DNA of 64,000 nt from Elusimicrobiota bacterium (GTDB lineage Bacteria > Elusimicrobiota > Elusimicrobia > Elusimicrobiales > UBA9959): the NCBI GenBank assembly GCA_027340875.1, contig DAIENX010000008.1:32001-96000 (forward strand). Reading direction: 5' to 3'. Below the pieces are notes generated by a model. It did not search any database. It had not been told where the DNA came from and worked only from the letters and a program-made list of their open reading frames with translations. Of this stretch, positions 30,320 to 39,005 are shown piece after piece (within the stretch, counting starts at the first letter, position 1; every line of letters begins with the position of its first letter). The position numbers and the translations under genes are program-made.

Positions 30320-31198
30320 ATGAGCATGTCCGAGCTGAAGTTGATACATAAGGGTAAAGTCAGGGACCTCTACGCTGCGGGGGAGAAGTATCTTCTGATA
30401 GTCTCTTCGGACAGAATATCGGCGTTCGATTTCATACTCCCCACTCCAATCCCGGGCAAGGGCGCCCTCCTCAACAGGATAAGCGAGTTCTGGTTCTCCC
30501 GGACGTCCGGGATAATAAAGAACCATATAGTTTCCACTGATATAGACGAGATACGGAAGCGGGTGACCGCCCCGGAAGGCTTCGACTGGGAGTACATGCG
30601 CGGCCGGGCCATGCTGGTGCACCGCACCAAGCGCGTGGACTTCGAATGCGTGGTGCGGGGATATATAACGGGCTCCGGCTGGAAAGAGTACCGGAAGCAG
30701 GGCAGCGTCTGCGGCATAAAGCTGCCGGCCGGCCTGAAAGAGGCCGAGAAGCTGCCTGAGCCGATATTCACCCCTACCACCAAGGCCGACCAGGGGCACG
30801 ACGAGAGCGTAACTTTCGAAACGATGGCCGCCGCCCTGTCGCCCGGCCTCGCGGAGACCATAAGGGAGAAGAGCATCGCCCTCTACAAGTTCGCGACGGA
30901 GCACGCCGGGAAGCGCGGCATACTGCTGGCGGACACCAAGTTCGAGTTCGGCCAGCTGGACGGCGAGCTTATCCTGATCGACGAGGCGCTGACTCCCGAT
31001 TCCTCCCGCTTCTGGGACGCGGCGAAGTACAGGGTCGGGACCAGCCCCGACAGCTACGACAAACAGTACGTGCGGAACTGGCTGGAGGGCAGCGGCTGGG
31101 ACAAGAAGTCCTCTCCGCCGCTGCTGCCGGCCGAAGTGGTGAGGGGCACCCTCGAAAAGTACGAGGAGGCCCTGAAGAAACTGACCGGAGCCGGGTGA
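30320..31198 (+). CDS. purC: SAICAR synthetase
   Basis: GKVRDLY, DRISAFD, ECVVRGY, DTKFEFG, TPDSSRFW, DKQ. Confidence 0.97.
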   Translation: MSMSELKLIHKGKVRDLYAAGEKYLLIVSSDRISAFDFILPTPIPGKGALLNRISEFWFSRTSGIIKNHIVSTDIDEIRKRVTAPEGFDWEYMRGRAMLVHRTKRVDFECVVRGYITGSGWKEYRKQGSVCGIKLPAGLKEAEKLPEPIFTPTTKADQGHDESVTFETMAAALSPGLAETIREKSIALYKFATEHAGKRGILLADTKFEFGQLDGELILIDEALTPDSSRFWDAAKYRVGTSPDSYDKQYVRNWLEGSGWDKKSSPPLLPAEVVRGTLEKYEEALKKLTGAG

Positions 31199-31221
31199 AC
31201 TGCCACCCGGCTTCTTCTTTT
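31189..31221 (+). terminator. Terminator-like hairpin overlapping the purC stop
   Basis: AGCCGGGTG-AACTGC-CACCCGGCT followed by TCTTCTTTT. Confidence 0.6.
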
Positions 31222-31500
31222 ATCGCATGATGAGATTGAAAATGAGAGCGCAGGATGCGAAGTTGGGGGCCTGGCAAGGGTATGGCCCCGTCGGGCACGC
31301 GGTCGCGCACTGGGCTATGCCCGTGCCGCATCAGGAGCTATGCTCTTCAGGCGGCCACCGTGCATAACTCATCACGGGGAACTGTCGCTGCGCTCCATCC
31401 CCTCGTCGTGCTTACGCAAGCTCCTTCCTCCGTGACGGCCCTCCGAGCCCATACCCTTGCCACCCCTCCACTATTCATGCTCAATGGAAAAGAAGAAGCC
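31209..31500. repeat. Structured intergenic element, copy B (MITE/REP-like, nested inverted repeats)
   Basis: 13-bp outer IR 31209-21/31488-500; 14-bp inner IR 31272-85/31449-62; motifs shared with 37748-37880 and 54173-54305. Confidence 0.7.
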
Positions 31501-31518
31501 TGATAGCAGGTGAAATAA

Positions 31519-31965
31519 ATGATAATCGAGATAACCACCAAAGTGAAGTACGCGGAAAACGAAGAGAGCGGCTTCATCGGGCGCATGGCGCATGCCGGCC
31601 TGAAGGTCCGTGCGGCGCGTCTGGCGCGCCTGTACCGGGTGGACGCGGCTTTCAGCCGGGCCGAGTTCGACAAGCTGGGCTCCGAGTTGCTGACGGACAG
31701 GATAACCGAGACCTACTCGCTCTCGCGCCCGCGCCCCGGCCTGAAGGGCTGGCGCGTAGAGGTCTGGCTGAAGGATTCCGTCACCGACGTGGTGGGGGAG
31801 AGCGTGAAGGGGGCGGTAGCCGACGTGCTCGGCAAAGAGCCGTCCGCCGTCCGCTTCGGCCATGCCTATTACGTCGACTGCCCCTCGGAGAAGGCGCTGC
31901 GGCGCGCCGTGGCCGGGACCCTGGTGAACGAGACGGTCAACAGGTTCGGGATACAGAAGATATGA
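31519..31965 (+). CDS. purS: PurS-like FGAM synthase subunit (two tandem PurS-type domains)
   Basis: 148 aa; LLTDRITE and VTDVVG..LVNETVN resemble PurS repeats; ATGA-coupled to purL. Confidence 0.7.
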   Translation: MIIEITTKVKYAENEESGFIGRMAHAGLKVRAARLARLYRVDAAFSRAEFDKLGSELLTDRITETYSLSRPRPGLKGWRVEVWLKDSVTDVVGESVKGAVADVLGKEPSAVRFGHAYYVDCPSEKALRRAVAGTLVNETVNRFGIQKI

Positions 31966-34346
31966 ACGACAAGCTTTCCTGTTTCAATTCCCTCAAGGCC
32001 GGTGAGCTGGCGGCGATGGACAAGGCCGCCGGCTGGTCCCTCAACGGCATGGAGCTGGCCGAGGCGCAGAGCCAGTTCAGGCAGATGGGGCGCCAGCCCA
32101 CCCGCGGCGAGCTCGAGACCATAGCCCAGACCTGGTCCGAGCACTGCAAGCACAAGACCTTCTCGGGCCCCGTAGCTTTCCGCGACGGGAAGAAGGTGCG
32201 GAAGTACCGCAACCTGTTCAAGGAGACCATCGTAAAGGCCACGAAGACACTGAACAGGAAATGGTGCCTTTCCGTCTTCACCGACAACGCCGGCATAGTG
32301 GAGTTCGGCAAGAGCGGCAAATGGGGCCTGGCCTTCAAGGCGGAGACCCACAACCACCCGTGCGCGGTGGAACCCTACGGCGGCGCCGAGACCGGCGTGG
32401 GCGGCGTGATACGCGACATACTCGGCGTGGGCCTCGGGGCCAAGCCGGTGCTGAACACGGACACTTTCTGCTTCGGCAGGCTCGACAGCGATAAGAAGCT
32501 CCCGAAGCATGCCCTCTCCGCAGAGCGCGTGATGCGCGGGGTGGTGGAAGGCGTGCGCGATTACGGCAACCGCATCGGCATCCCTACGGCCGCAGGCGGC
32601 CTCTACTTCGACGACGGGTACCTGCTGAACCCTCTGGTCTACGTGGGTTGCGCCGGGCTGATCCCTGTCGACAAGATACATAAGCGCGTGGTGCCTGGCG
32701 ACCTGATAGTCTGCATAGGCGGGCGCACCGGCCGCGACGGCATTCACGGCGCTACCTTCTCCTCCGCGAACATCGAGGAGGAGACCTCCTCCTCGGCGGT
32801 GCAGATAGGACACGCGGTGAACGAGAAGAAGGCGCTCGACGTGCTGATGCGGGCACGCGACCTCGGCCTTTATAACGCCGTCACCGACTGCGGCGCCGGG
32901 GGCTTCTCCTCCGCCATCGGCGAGCTGGGCTCCGAGACCGGCGCGAGGGTAAGGCTGGAAAAGGCCCTGCTGAAGGACACGCGCATAGAGCCCTGGGAGA
33001 TATGGGTCTCCGAGTCGCAGGAGAGGATGATCCTTTCCGTACCGAAGAGGAACCTGAAGAAGCTGGCGGCCATACTCGATTCCGAGAACTGCGAATACTG
33101 CGTGCTGGGCGAGTTCCCCGGGGACGGGCGGCTGCTGGTCACGCACGGCGGGGAGCGGGTGGTGGACCTGCCGATGGCCTTCCTGCACGGCGGGGTGCCT
33201 AATTTCGAGAAGCCGGCCGTGCGGCGGCCCGTGAAGGTGAGCTCGAAACCGCCGGTATCCCCGCGGCAGCCCTGGGGAGCGGTCCTTAAGGACCTGCTGG
33301 CCCACCCCAACGTCTGCTCCAGGCATTCCGTCATAACGCAGTACGACCACGAGGTGCAGGGCGGCACGGTGGGCAAGCCGCTGCAGGGCCGCTACGGCGA
33401 CGGTCCCGGCGACGCCGCGGTGATCTGGCCCCAGGCGGCCACCCTGGACCAGCGCGACTTCTGCGGCTTCGCCGTCAGCCACGGCTTCAGCCCCGCGGTA
33501 GGCAGGATAGACCCCTACCAGATGGCGCTGCATTCCATCGACGAGGCCGTGCGCAACCTGCTCTGCGCAGGCGCGGAGATCTCCCGCACGGCCATCATGG
33601 ACAACTTCTGCGCGGCCAGCCCGCGCGACCCGCGCGTGATGGGCGACCTCGTGCTGGCGGCCGAAGGCTGCCGCGACGCGGCCATAGCCTATGGCGCGCC
33701 GTTCATCTCGGGCAAGGACAGCTTCTATAACCAGTCCACCGGCGCCGACGGCAGGGAGTACCAGATACCGATCTCGCTGCTGGTCTCGGCCACGGCGCCG
33801 GTAGACGACGTCAGGGACATACTTACCATCAACTTCAAGGAGCCCGGCAACCCGGTCTACATCGCCGGCTCGGCGCTGAAGGGCATGGGCGGGTCGGTCT
33901 ACGCCGAGACCGCGGCCGCCGGCAACAATGCCGTGCCGAAGCTGGACATGAAGGCCGCCGTGAAGCTTTACGCCGCGCTGCTCCGGGCGATAAAGGCCGG
34001 CTGCGTGGCCGCGGCGCACGACGTGTCTCAGGGCGGCCTCGGCGTAACGCTGGCCGAGATGGCCTTCTCCGGCGGCTTCGGAGCGGAGATAGACCTCTCC
34101 GCCGCCCCGCGCGAAAAGGGCCTTACGGCCCTGGAGCTCCTTTTCGGGGAGAGCCCGGCCAGGCTGGTGCTGGAGGTCGTGAAGGACCGGGAGGCCGAGT
34201 TCCTCCGGCTGATGAAAGGCCAGCCCGCCGCGGAGATAGGGCAGGTGACGGAAGAGGGGATGCTTGCCGCCGGAGATGGCGGAGCGGAGCTTTTCAGAGA
34301 GGATATAGTGGCGCTCAAGGCCTGCTGGAAGAGGGAGCTGATATGA
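31962..34346 (+). CDS. purL: FGAM synthase subunit PurL
   Basis: QTWSEHCKHK, KAETHNHP, GRDGIHGA, TDCGAGG, SESQERM, QYDHEV, SGKDS, HDVSQGG. Confidence 0.97.
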   Translation: MNDKLSCFNSLKAGELAAMDKAAGWSLNGMELAEAQSQFRQMGRQPTRGELETIAQTWSEHCKHKTFSGPVAFRDGKKVRKYRNLFKETIVKATKTLNRKWCLSVFTDNAGIVEFGKSGKWGLAFKAETHNHPCAVEPYGGAETGVGGVIRDILGVGLGAKPVLNTDTFCFGRLDSDKKLPKHALSAERVMRGVVEGVRDYGNRIGIPTAAGGLYFDDGYLLNPLVYVGCAGLIPVDKIHKRVVPGDLIVCIGGRTGRDGIHGATFSSANIEEETSSSAVQIGHAVNEKKALDVLMRARDLGLYNAVTDCGAGGFSSAIGELGSETGARVRLEKALLKDTRIEPWEIWVSESQERMILSVPKRNLKKLAAILDSENCEYCVLGEFPGDGRLLVTHGGERVVDLPMAFLHGGVPNFEKPAVRRPVKVSSKPPVSPRQPWGAVLKDLLAHPNVCSRHSVITQYDHEVQGGTVGKPLQGRYGDGPGDAAVIWPQAATLDQRDFCGFAVSHGFSPAVGRIDPYQMALHSIDEAVRNLLCAGAEISRTAIMDNFCAASPRDPRVMGDLVLAAEGCRDAAIAYGAPFISGKDSFYNQSTGADGREYQIPISLLVSATAPVDDVRDILTINFKEPGNPVYIAGSALKGMGGSVYAETAAAGNNAVPKLDMKAAVKLYAALLRAIKAGCVAAAHDVSQGGLGVTLAEMAFSGGFGAEIDLSAAPREKGLTALELLFGESPARLVLEVVKDREAEFLRLMKGQPAAEIGQVTEEGMLAAGDGGAELFREDIVALKACWKRELI

Positions 34347-35086
34347 AGAGACCCAGGGCTATAATCCTGCGCGGCACGGCTACCAACTGCGACATAGAGA
34401 CCGCCTCCTCGTTCCGCTACGTCGGGGCGGACCCGGAGCTGGTCCATATCAACCAGCTGCTTTCCGGAGAGAAGAAGGTGCTCGACTACGACCTGATGGC
34501 CTTTCCCGGCGGCTTCTCCTACGGGGACGACATCTCGGCGGGGAAGATCTACGCGGTTAAGATGTCCAAGCTTTCCGGGGATTTCGGGAAGTTCATCCGC
34601 GGCGGCCGTCCCGTCATCGGCATCTGCAACGGCTTCCAGATACTGGTGAAGACGGGCTTCCTGCCGGAGAACCCGCGCAACGCCCAGGTCTCCACGCTTT
34701 ACACCAACGACTGCGGCCACTTCCTCGCGAAGTGGGTGAAGCTTAAGGTGAACCGAAAGAGCCCGTGCATCTTCACCCGGGGCCTGCCCGACGAGATAGA
34801 GCTGCCTATGGCGCACGGCGAGGGCAAGTTCATAGTCGAGGACAAGGCGGAGCTCGCGCGCATCACGTCCGGCAACCTGCACGCGCTGACCTACTCGGAG
34901 AACCCGAACGGCTCCATGCTCGACATTGCGGGAATTGCCACGCCGTCGGGTACCTGCTTCGGCCTGATGCCCCATCCCGAGCGAAACTTCTTCTCCTGGC
35001 AGAGCCCCGACAGGCCGGCCGCGGCGCGGGAAGCGGAGGCGGCCGGGTTCCATTTCTTCAAGAACGCGGTAGACTACGTGAGGTAG
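34343..35086 (+). CDS. purQ: FGAM synthase glutaminase subunit
   Basis: PGGFSYGD, GICNGFQ, AHGEG, MPHPER. Confidence 0.97.
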   Translation: MKRPRAIILRGTATNCDIETASSFRYVGADPELVHINQLLSGEKKVLDYDLMAFPGGFSYGDDISAGKIYAVKMSKLSGDFGKFIRGGRPVIGICNGFQILVKTGFLPENPRNAQVSTLYTNDCGHFLAKWVKLKVNRKSPCIFTRGLPDEIELPMAHGEGKFIVEDKAELARITSGNLHALTYSENPNGSMLDIAGIATPSGTCFGLMPHPERNFFSWQSPDRPAAAREAEAAGFHFFKNAVDYVR

Positions 35087-35089
35087 AAC

Positions 35090-36472
35090 ATGTGCGGAAT
35101 ATTCGGCATTACCGGTACCAGGGACGCCTCCAGGCTGGCCTACGTCGGGCTCTTCACTCTGCAGCACAGGGGCCAGGAGTCGGCCGGCATCGTCACCGAC
35201 GCCGGCGGCAGCCTGATGCAGCATACGGGGATGGGCCTGGTCAACGAGGTCTTCAACAACGAGGCCCTGCAGAGGCTGGAGGGAACGAGCGCCATAGGGC
35301 ATATACGCTATTCCACCGCGGGCTCCAGCCATATAACTAACGCCCAGCCGCTGGTGCTCAAGTCCTCGCTCGGCCTGGTGGCCGTGGCGCATAACGGCAA
35401 CCTGACCAACGCGGATGAGGTTAAGGCCAGGCTGCAGAAAGGCGGCGCCATCTTCCAGTCGTCGAGCGACAGCGAGGTGATACTGCACCTGGCGGCCCGC
35501 TACCGCGGCCGCACGCTCGAGGCGACGCTGGCGCAGAACCTGCCGAAGCTGACCGGGGCCTACTCCTTCCTCTTCATGGCGCCGGGCAAGGTGATAGGCG
35601 CCAGGGACCCTTACGGCTACCGGCCGCTGGTGCTCGGCAGGCTCGGGCGCTCCTATATCCTGGCTTCGGAGACCTGCGCTATAGAAGTCGCCGGGGGCAC
35701 CGTGGTGCGGGAAATAGAGCCGGGGGAGATGGTGACTATCTCCGGGGGGAAGCTGAAGTCCATACGCTTCGCCAGGCCCAGGAAGTTCACCCGCTGCATC
35801 TTCGAGCAGGTATATTTCGCGAGGCCGGACTCCGTGGTGGCCGGCCGCACCGTGCACAAGGTGCGCTACGAGATAGGCGCCATGCTGGCCAGAGAGCTCC
35901 GCGGGATAAAGGCGGACATCGTGTCCGGAGTGCCGGATTCCGGCACCGTCTACGCCCTGGGCTTCTCGAAAGAGTCCGGGATCCCTTACCAGGGCGTCTT
36001 CATGCGCAACCACTACACCGGCCGCTCGTTCATACAGCCGGACCAGCGCCTGCGCGAGTTCACCGCCCACCTGAAGCTTTCCCCTATACGCGACGTGATA
36101 AAGGGGAAGACCATCCTCATCATCGACGATTCCATCGTGCGCGGCACCACCTCGCGCAAGATAGTCGCCAACCTCAAGAGGGCCGGCGCCGGGAAGGTAA
36201 TAATGGCCTCGGCCTCTCCGCCCATCATCTCGCCGTGCTATTTCGGGATAGACATACCTACGAGGAACGAGCTGATCGCGAGCCGCCTCAGCGTGGAAAG
36301 GGTGCGCCGCTTCATCGGCGCCGACGGCCTGCATTACCTCACGCTGCCCAGCCTCATCGACGTCTGCGGCAACAGGAGCGACTGCAATTTCTGTGCCTCC
36401 TGCTTCTCAGGGAAGTACAATCCCGGAGAGACGTCACGCGCCGGGGCAGGGGCCGGGAGGATGGGCCTGTGA
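35090..36472 (+). CDS. purF: Amidophosphoribosyltransferase (Fe-S type)
   Basis: MCGI, LQHRGQES, RYSTAG, HNGNL, DDSIVRGTT, cluster Cys (CIFE, PCYFG, CASC). Confidence 0.97.
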   Translation: MCGIFGITGTRDASRLAYVGLFTLQHRGQESAGIVTDAGGSLMQHTGMGLVNEVFNNEALQRLEGTSAIGHIRYSTAGSSHITNAQPLVLKSSLGLVAVAHNGNLTNADEVKARLQKGGAIFQSSSDSEVILHLAARYRGRTLEATLAQNLPKLTGAYSFLFMAPGKVIGARDPYGYRPLVLGRLGRSYILASETCAIEVAGGTVVREIEPGEMVTISGGKLKSIRFARPRKFTRCIFEQVYFARPDSVVAGRTVHKVRYEIGAMLARELRGIKADIVSGVPDSGTVYALGFSKESGIPYQGVFMRNHYTGRSFIQPDQRLREFTAHLKLSPIRDVIKGKTILIIDDSIVRGTTSRKIVANLKRAGAGKVIMASASPPIISPCYFGIDIPTRNELIASRLSVERVRRFIGADGLHYLTLPSLIDVCGNRSDCNFCASCFSGKYNPGETSRAGAGAGRMGL

Positions 36473-37719
36473 ACGTGCTGATAATCGGCTCCGGAGGCCG
36501 CGAGCACGCGCTGGTCTGGAAGATCAAGCAGAGCCCGCTGCTCGGCAGCCTCTACTGCATACCCGGCTCGGCCGCCATCTCGGAGCTGGCCGAGTGCCCG
36601 GAGATAGGCCAGGACGACCACGAAGCCGTGTACGGCTTCTGCGCCGCCAAGAACGTCGGGCTGGTGGTGGTAGGCCCGGAGGCCCCGCTGGCGAAAGGCC
36701 TGGCCGATTACCTGACCGGGAAGGGGATAAAGGTGTTCGGTCCTTCGCGCAAAGGCGCCATGCTCGAGGCCTCCAAGCAGTTCGCCAAGGAGTTCATGGA
36801 CCGCAACGATATCCCGACCGCGGGGTTCAAGGTCCTCTACTCGCCGGCGGCGGCCAGGGAGGCCGTCTCAGCGAACAGGAACTATCCGGTGGTCATAAAG
36901 GCCGACGGTCTCGCCGCCGGCAAGGGCGTGCGCATCTGCGCCGATGAGGCCGAGGCCCTGGCAGCCGTAGAGGACTTCATGGAGAAGCGTCTTTTCGGCG
37001 CCTCCGGGGCCAAGATAGTGATGGAGGACTTCCTCACGGGTCCGGAGGCCTCGGTGATGGCCCTCACCGACGGTGAGAGCGCGCTGCTGCTGCCGGTCTC
37101 GCGCGACCACAAGCGCCTGCTGGACGGCAACGCCGGCCCCAATACCGGGGGGATGGGCGCGGTCTGCCCGGTCCAGCTGAGCGAGGCGGAGGAGCGGGCG
37201 GTGACCTCCGAGGTCATACAGCGCTTTCTCGACGGACTGAAGCGGGAGCGGATCTTCTTCCGCGGCGTGATCTACGCCGGGCTGATGCTTACGCCTTCGG
37301 GCCCCAGGGTGCTGGAATTCAACGTGCGTTTCGGCGACCCGGAGACCCAGGTGCTGATGCCGGCCATCAAGAGCGACCTGCTGCCTCTGCTGGCCGCCTG
37401 CGCCGACGGTAGGCTGGAGGGCAGGGAGCTGGAGCTGACCGGAGGCACCTGCGTCACCGTGGTGGCCGCGGCGGCCGGCTACCCCGACGCCCCGGAGAAG
37501 GGGAGGCCGATAACCGGCCTTTTCGCGCCGGCAGAGGGCGTGCAGATATTCCACGCCGGCACCGCCAGGAAGGACGGCTCCTACGTCACGGCCGGGGGGC
37601 GGGTCCTCGCCGTCTCGGCCTGCGGCGCCGACCTTGCCGCCGCCAGGGAGAAGGCTTACGCGGCCCTTTCCTCTATAAAGTTCGAAGGTATGCAGTACCG
37701 GAAGGATATAGGTCTTTGA
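36469..37719 (+). CDS. purD: Phosphoribosylamine-glycine ligase
   Basis: GTG start overlapping the purF stop; GSGGREHA, GPEAPL, KADGLAAGKGV, GPNTGGMG, EFNVRFGDPE. Confidence 0.97.
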   Translation: MNVLIIGSGGREHALVWKIKQSPLLGSLYCIPGSAAISELAECPEIGQDDHEAVYGFCAAKNVGLVVVGPEAPLAKGLADYLTGKGIKVFGPSRKGAMLEASKQFAKEFMDRNDIPTAGFKVLYSPAAAREAVSANRNYPVVIKADGLAAGKGVRICADEAEALAAVEDFMEKRLFGASGAKIVMEDFLTGPEASVMALTDGESALLLPVSRDHKRLLDGNAGPNTGGMGAVCPVQLSEAEERAVTSEVIQRFLDGLKRERIFFRGVIYAGLMLTPSGPRVLEFNVRFGDPETQVLMPAIKSDLLPLLAACADGRLEGRELELTGGTCVTVVAAAAGYPDAPEKGRPITGLFAPAEGVQIFHAGTARKDGSYVTAGGRVLAVSACGADLAAAREKAYAALSSIKFEGMQYRKDIGL

Positions 37720-37747
37720 TGGCATGTGCCCGAGGAGTCGCTGTAGC

Positions 37748-37880
37748 GCACGGGCTTCGGTGTATAGGTTCTTCGGCACGGGGTCGCGCACACCGTGCGC
37801 GCCCCTCCTCACTCGGCCCTCGCGCTACGCAAGCTCGGGCCTCTGCGAAGGCACTCAGAACCTATACCCCTCGCCCATGC
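37748..37880. repeat. Structured intergenic element, copy A
   Basis: 11-bp IR GTATAGGTTCT/AGAACCTATAC enclosing a ~75-nt core (37777-37851) that differs from 54201-54276 at about 9 positions. Confidence 0.8.
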
Positions 37881-37915
37881 GAACTTGTATGCGGCCGTAA
37901 AACTTTGGAGGCTGA

Positions 37916-38884
37916 ATGATCACCTATAAGAAGAGCGGAGTGGACATCAAGCTGGCGGACAAGTTCACGGAATTCCTGCAGAAGAAGTCGAAGGCCATAG
38001 GCGGCTTCGCCGGCCTGATGCCGGTGAAGGAGACCCGCAACGAGTACAGCATAGTCGCTTCCACCGACGGGGTGGGCACGAAGCTCAAGCTGGCCTTCCT
38101 GCTGGACAAGCACGACACCATAGGCATCGACCTGGTGGCCATGTGCGTCAACGACCTGGTCTGCTGCGGCGCGCGGCCGATGCTCTTCCTCGACTATTAC
38201 GCCACGGGCAAGCTGGACCTGGCCAGGTCCAAGAAGATCATCGAGGGCATAATGGAGGGCTGCCGGCAGGGGGGATCCGTTCTGCTCGGCGGCGAGACCG
38301 CCGAAATGCCTGGCTTCTACCAGAAGGGCGAGTACGACCTGGCCGGCTTCTCCGTGGGCATAGTGAAGAACTCCGAGGTCCTGGACGGGCGCAAGGTCCG
38401 GGCCGGCGACGCGCTGGTGGGCCTGCCGTCCACAGGCTTCCATTCCAACGGCTTCCCGCTGGTGCGCAAGGTCCTGGACAGCCGCAAGCTGCTGAAAAAA
38501 TACGCCAAAACCCTGCTGACCCCGACGAAGATATACGTCAAGGACGTCAACACGCTGCGTGCCGCCCTGCGCCGGGGAGACATGGACGTGCTGGCGCTGT
38601 CGCATATAACAGGTTCAGGCATACCCGGCAACCTGCCGCGCGTGCTGCCTAAGGGCGTGGGCGCGGTGGTCTTCAAAGATTCCTGGCGGGTGCCAGCCGT
38701 AATGCGGGAGATACAGAAGCTAGGCGGCATACCGGAGAAGGACATGTGGGATTCTTTCAACATGGGCATAGGCATGATAGCCGTGATGCGGCCCGCGGCG
38801 GTAAAGACCGCGCTGAGGACTCTGAAGGGCGCCAGACTTATCGGCGAGGTGGTGAAAGGAAAGAGCGAGGTTGTTCTGAAGTGA
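37916..38884 (+). CDS. purM: AIR synthetase
   Basis: TYKKSGVD, TDGVGTKL, GGETAEMP, HSNGF, HITG, FNMGIG. Confidence 0.97.
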   Translation: MITYKKSGVDIKLADKFTEFLQKKSKAIGGFAGLMPVKETRNEYSIVASTDGVGTKLKLAFLLDKHDTIGIDLVAMCVNDLVCCGARPMLFLDYYATGKLDLARSKKIIEGIMEGCRQGGSVLLGGETAEMPGFYQKGEYDLAGFSVGIVKNSEVLDGRKVRAGDALVGLPSTGFHSNGFPLVRKVLDSRKLLKKYAKTLLTPTKIYVKDVNTLRAALRRGDMDVLALSHITGSGIPGNLPRVLPKGVGAVVFKDSWRVPAVMREIQKLGGIPEKDMWDSFNMGIGMIAVMRPAAVKTALRTLKGARLIGEVVKGKSEVVLK

Positions 38885-38893
38885 TGTTCAGGG

Positions 38894-38985
38894 GCGCCCG
38901 GGGTATCCCACCGAGCGCCCGTTGGGGAGGGGAACCGCGCAACGGTCCCCTGCAGTCCGGGCGAGCGGGGGAATACCCCGGGCGC
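38894..38985. repeat. Long palindromic intergenic hairpin
   Basis: 13-bp IR GCGCCCGGGGTAT/ATACCCCGGGCGC with nested CGCCCG/CGGGCG and AGGGGA/TCCCCT stems. Confidence 0.75.
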
Positions 38986-39005
38986 ACAGAGTATCAGGAG
39001 ACGCA

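Noticed and set aside
37716..37919. Small ORFs in pur spacers (also 31255-31503)
   Set aside because: They coincide with the palindromic repeat elements and have no protein-like features.
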